Positions 54,535 to 57,729 of a stretch of 57,729 nucleotides of DNA are shown in pieces. The stretch spans positions 1 to 57,729 of the IMG/VR virus record IMGVR_UViG_3300033407_000016. One strand, written 5' to 3'. This DNA comes from a virus (lineage: Duplodnaviria > Caudoviricetes). The notes under the pieces were generated by a model, which was not told the origin of the DNA, ran no database searches, and worked only from the letters and a program-made list of their open reading frames with translations. Within the stretch, counting starts at the first letter, position 1. Every line of letters begins with the position of its first letter. The position numbers were made by a program, and so were the translations under genes.

Positions 54535-55988
54535 CAGAAATCTCCAGAATAGATGCGTCGATCAGGCCGCCTCACGCGGTAGCGAGTCTCATCACCGATA
54601 TGGTCTTCGGCGCGTGTGTCTACGTCGTCGGGATCCTTGTCGGATCGAGGCAGAACGGGCACCGTACGGCGGAACTGCTCACACCGCTCCAAGACGAAAA
54701 GGCCAGGCTCCTCTCTGTCAGTAGCCGCATTTCGCAGCAGGGTGCGAATCTGATCCCAACCCTGCTTACGGGAGCCTGGCCCCTTGTCCGCTGGCTCCCA
54801 ACGAAGACCTTCGCGGAGCATCTCACCGCTGACTGACTTGCCGGGCTCATAGGCGTCAAAGATGGACCCATCAGCCACACCCACTTGGACTCGGCCAGAG
54901 ATGCCCCACGTTCGTTCTCTGGACACAATACCGCGAGCGATGTCTTGTGACAACATTCGCTTGCCCTCGTTGGGCTTGCCTGTCCAGCCATACCACTCCG
55001 CGACCCTGTACAGATCGCCCGGAACCTTGCCGTACATGCGCCCATTGCGCTCGAACGGCTCACCATTGCTCTCAGCCCACCAACCTACCGAGAATGGGCG
55101 ACTCTGTCCATGATCGTAGCTCCGGTCGACCCGCCACTGCTTGGGGATCGCTGTGAGCGGGAAGTCCGGCACCACATGGATGTCGGAGCGCCACACATCA
55201 TCAAACATGCCACCAGCGATGATGTCCCAGTCGCCGAACACCCAGGCCCGCAACTCCGCCTCGTTCCTGGCGCTGGAGCGGAGCTTGTCGATATAGGTCG
55301 GATCGGCATGGAGGAGGACACGATTCTCATGCAGCTCGCTCTTGATCGAGATGCGCTCGGTGCCCTCCTCGATCAGCTTGCCCACGAGACCCCCCGTGCC
55401 GCTCAGCTCGTACCGCATCTTTACCCAGTTGTGGCCCACGCCGTACGGATTCGCTGTCGCACGCACCTTCATGGGGATGTTCTGCGCGGTCGAACGCATC
55501 GTAGACATCATGGACTTGAGGCACTGATCATCAGGCCACGTACACAGCTCCTCCCAGCCGATGAAGGTGTAGGCATGACCGTGGAATCGCCAATAGTCGG
55601 CAGGCTCGGCGAAGTGACGGAAGAAGAGCTTCTCGCCAGCCGGGAAGGTCCAGTAGTGCTCACTGCGATTGTACTTCGCCGCTGGACATAGCTGTGTGAA
55701 CCACTTCAGGCTCTTGTCGATCAGATCTTGGAGTTCTGGGTATGATCGCCGAAAGATCACACCACGCAACTCTTGCCCCCATCCTTGGTTCACGTCCTGA
55801 TAGAAGTCCATCAGCATGAGGTCGGTTTTCCCACCTCCTCGCGGGCCTTGGTTCAGGACTTCGAAGATCGGGCAGCTCAGATACGCCTCCTGGCTTCCTG
55901 GCTGTGGAGCCCAGGTCATCGCAATGTCATCGACGAACGGCTCAAGGCCGTTGTCCGTGATGCGCCACTCGATCGCTGCGTTGTTCAC
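54534..55988 (-). CDS. terL: terminase large subunit
   Basis: GPRGGGKT, IGWEE, TANPYGVGH, DHG..RPF, EDHIGDETRY. Confidence 0.95.
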   Translation of the reverse strand: MNNAAIEWRITDNGLEPFVDDIAMTWAPQPGSQEAYLSCPIFEVLNQGPRGGGKTDLMLMDFYQDVNQGWGQELRGVIFRRSYPELQDLIDKSLKWFTQLCPAAKYNRSEHYWTFPAGEKLFFRHFAEPADYWRFHGHAYTFIGWEELCTWPDDQCLKSMMSTMRSTAQNIPMKVRATANPYGVGHNWVKMRYELSGTGGLVGKLIEEGTERISIKSELHENRVLLHADPTYIDKLRSSARNEAELRAWVFGDWDIIAGGMFDDVWRSDIHVVPDFPLTAIPKQWRVDRSYDHGQSRPFSVGWWAESNGEPFERNGRMYGKVPGDLYRVAEWYGWTGKPNEGKRMLSQDIARGIVSRERTWGISGRVQVGVADGSIFDAYEPGKSVSGEMLREGLRWEPADKGPGSRKQGWDQIRTLLRNAATDREEPGLFVLERCEQFRRTVPVLPRSDKDPDDVDTRAEDHIGDETRYRVRRPDRRIYSGDF

Positions 55989-56272
55989 AGCCCTCCTAGC
56001 GGCCTGTCGTCGTTGATCACACTGCCTAGATCTCTCGCGATGATCTCGTCATACAACTTCTCTGTCACGACCGCATGCTCGTCTGGATCGAGCTGGTGAT
56101 GATACTTCTCGTTTAGGTACTCGGCACAGGCAGCAGCGGCAAGGGCGGTGTATGAACGCTCTTTGTGTGACCGCTCGACCTCATTCGCCGCTCCTTGGCC
56201 GTTCTTCGCTGTGACCGTCACCCTGAAGTACGTCCTGTGCGGGCTCCGCAATAACCTCAGCTTCACTGACAT
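55985..56272 (-). CDS. hypothetical protein
   Basis: 95-aa ORF overlapping the terS end and terL start. Confidence 0.45.
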   Translation of the reverse strand: MSVKLRLLRSPHRTYFRVTVTAKNGQGAANEVERSHKERSYTALAAAACAEYLNEKYHHQLDPDEHAVVTEKLYDEIIARDLGSVINDDRPLGGL

Positions 56273-56723
56273 TCGCCATCCACTCCTCTTTGGTCTGCTT
56301 CATTGGCACAGCCAACGTGCCTGGGGGCAGGTGATGTTGGATCTCGAACTTTTCCTTGAATTCGGGAATGTGGCGCTTCGCAAGCATTTCCAGTAGCCGG
56401 CTATCGAACTTGCGCATCGTGCCAGCGAACTCGCCCTGCTGATATACCTCTTCTTCCCATCCGAACACGGCACGTCGATAGATCTCGACTTCGATCCCTT
56501 CCTTGAAGTCGTCCATCGCCTCTTGGTATGCCAACTGGAATGCGGAATCCTTCGCTAGGTGATGGCGCACAGTGCTTGGGGAGACGCCGCATTCCCTGGC
56601 AGACATTTGGAGTTGGCCGGTGCAGCGAATGTTCAGGAGGAAGCGTCCTTTCCGCTCAGTATTGAAAAGGAGGAGACTGCGCTCAGATGTGTTGCCATCT
56701 CGGCTCGTCGGCATACTCGACAC
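56181..56723 (-). CDS. terS: terminase small subunit
   Basis: HTH, E..RRAV.G.EE.VYQ.G...RKFDSRLL; upstream of terL. Confidence 0.8.
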   Translation of the reverse strand: MSSMPTSRDGNTSERSLLLFNTERKGRFLLNIRCTGQLQMSARECGVSPSTVRHHLAKDSAFQLAYQEAMDDFKEGIEVEIYRRAVFGWEEEVYQQGEFAGTMRKFDSRLLEMLAKRHIPEFKEKFEIQHHLPPGTLAVPMKQTKEEWMANVSEAEVIAEPAQDVLQGDGHSEERPRSGE

Positions 56724-57028
56724 TGGATGATCACCTGCTGGTTGCTGAGGAAGCGTCTGGGATCCGGCCCATTGCAGCGCATTTCAGCAAGCTGCCCACA
56801 GCACTCGAATCGGTACAGGCGGTTCCATCCACCAGCGCGCTTCACAGGGGTCATCCAAAGCCGAATAGCGCCGACTCGGGTCGCTGCCTGAACCGTGTGT
56901 GGGCAAGTCCCACACACGACAATGTAGAGAGGGGGTTCTGACCTCACCAGGGCAGTGCTATTGCCGCACTTCGTACAGTAAGGCAGCACCTTGGTCATTC
57001 GATACCGGATCTCGGCCTTGGCGGGCAT
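56633..57028 (-). CDS. Cys-rich (Zn-ribbon) hypothetical protein
   Basis: CxxC pairs; AAGGAG SD. Confidence 0.6.
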   Translation of the reverse strand: MPAKAEIRYRMTKVLPYCTKCGNSTALVRSEPPLYIVVCGTCPHTVQAATRVGAIRLWMTPVKRAGGWNRLYRFECCGQLAEMRCNGPDPRRFLSNQQVIIQCRVCRRAEMATHLSAVSSFSILSGKDASS

Positions 57029-57041
57029 TTTAGGCTCCTTG

Positions 57042-57327
57042 CTACTACACTCTCCAGTTCTGGCCGAGGAGTGTAGTAGGTCTGTAACGCCACTTAAGTG
57101 TATATACAGTATAGGGTTAATTGCATTGTACTACAACTACACTCTTTTCGGTCAAGTTGCGCAAGAACCGTGGAACCAGGAACACACAGCTACTACACTC
57201 TTTTACCCTTAATTAGAGAAAAGGGTGTAGTATGTAGTAGGTTGCGTGGATGTCGTTGCAGGAGGGTCACTTAAGGTGCGCGACTGGGCTACTACACTCT
57301 TGGTGAGGGGCATGGAGAGTGTAGTAG
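57042..57327. repeat. array of CTACTACACTCT motifs in both orientations
   Basis: Forward at 57042, 57136 (partial), 57190, 57289; reverse at 57069, 57223 (partial), 57316. Confidence 0.85.
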
Positions 57328-57552
57328 GTGGCGGGTCCACCAATTCCCTTGAGCCCGTGTGCGCGCGCCTTGAGGGCATGGACATGTTGAACCGGTGCCG
57401 TCCACACGCACGTGCATCCGCCCTGTGTCATTGGATGCGCACACAGCATGCATGGACCATGGACGGGGAGGGGGTACGCAGGGACTGTCCGAGATTCTGT
57501 GTAACTGACCGTGCGATCATAGCGGGATTCGACCTTCGAAGACCGCCGCTAA

Positions 57553-57729
57553 GTGGTTGAGCGCGCCCAGTCTTTCACCGGTCTGCTCCAGCGTTGGGAG
57601 GCCCGCGTCATCTGGATGGAACTGGACGAGCGAGAGTTGGCCGAACAACTCGGCCTGCTTCGCGACGACCTGTCCATCGACCTTGATGCGCTTGTTTCCT
57701 CCACGATCGACCGCTGCTTCGAGTTGAAA
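57553..57729 (+). CDS. hypothetical protein running off the end, in frame with 1-69
   Basis: GTG at 57553 after an in-frame TAA; ends exactly in frame at 57729; continues HGVQCPREICLLQLDFHRGAFR* if circular. Confidence 0.45.
   Translation, partial: MVERAQSFTGLLQRWEARVIWMELDERELAEQLGLLRDDLSIDLDALVSSTIDRCFELK

Noticed and set aside
1-57729. Stop-codon reassignment or suppressor tRNAs
   Set aside because: Core genes are full length in the standard code and no CUA, UUA or UCA anticodon was found

Overview
This window looks like a complete or near-complete ~57.7 kb GC-rich siphophage genome. It is probably circularly permuted, because a + strand ORF reads in frame across the 57729/1 junction. 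Almost all genes are on the - strand and the organisation resembles YuA/M6-like phages. Reading in gene direction (right to left): terS, terL, portal, head morphogenesis, scaffold, major capsid, head-tail connectors, tail tube, frameshifted tail chaperones, tape measure, tail tip; membrane/holin-like genes; a T5 A1-like phosphoesterase/nuclease; a cluster of aberrant and fragmentary tRNAs; SNF2 helicase; RLIG1-like RNA ligase; RecD/Dda helicase; class II RNR; a stand-alone 34-aa peptide gene with its own promoter and a terminator placed directly in front of a 10-tRNA operon; degenerate thymidine-hypermodification genes; PolA; nucleotide metabolism genes; primase-helicase; SSB; ThyX; ClpP-like protease; M15 endolysin; dNMP kinase; small accessory genes. 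No integrase or CRISPR array was seen. The most notable candidate is a tRNA-centred module: the unannotated signal-peptide/Trp-Trp micropeptide in front of the tRNA operon, CCA-ended tRNA fragments and a minihelix, a Lys-bodied tRNA with a Gln anticodon, and an RNA ligase. All family assignments are from recalled motifs, not database searches.
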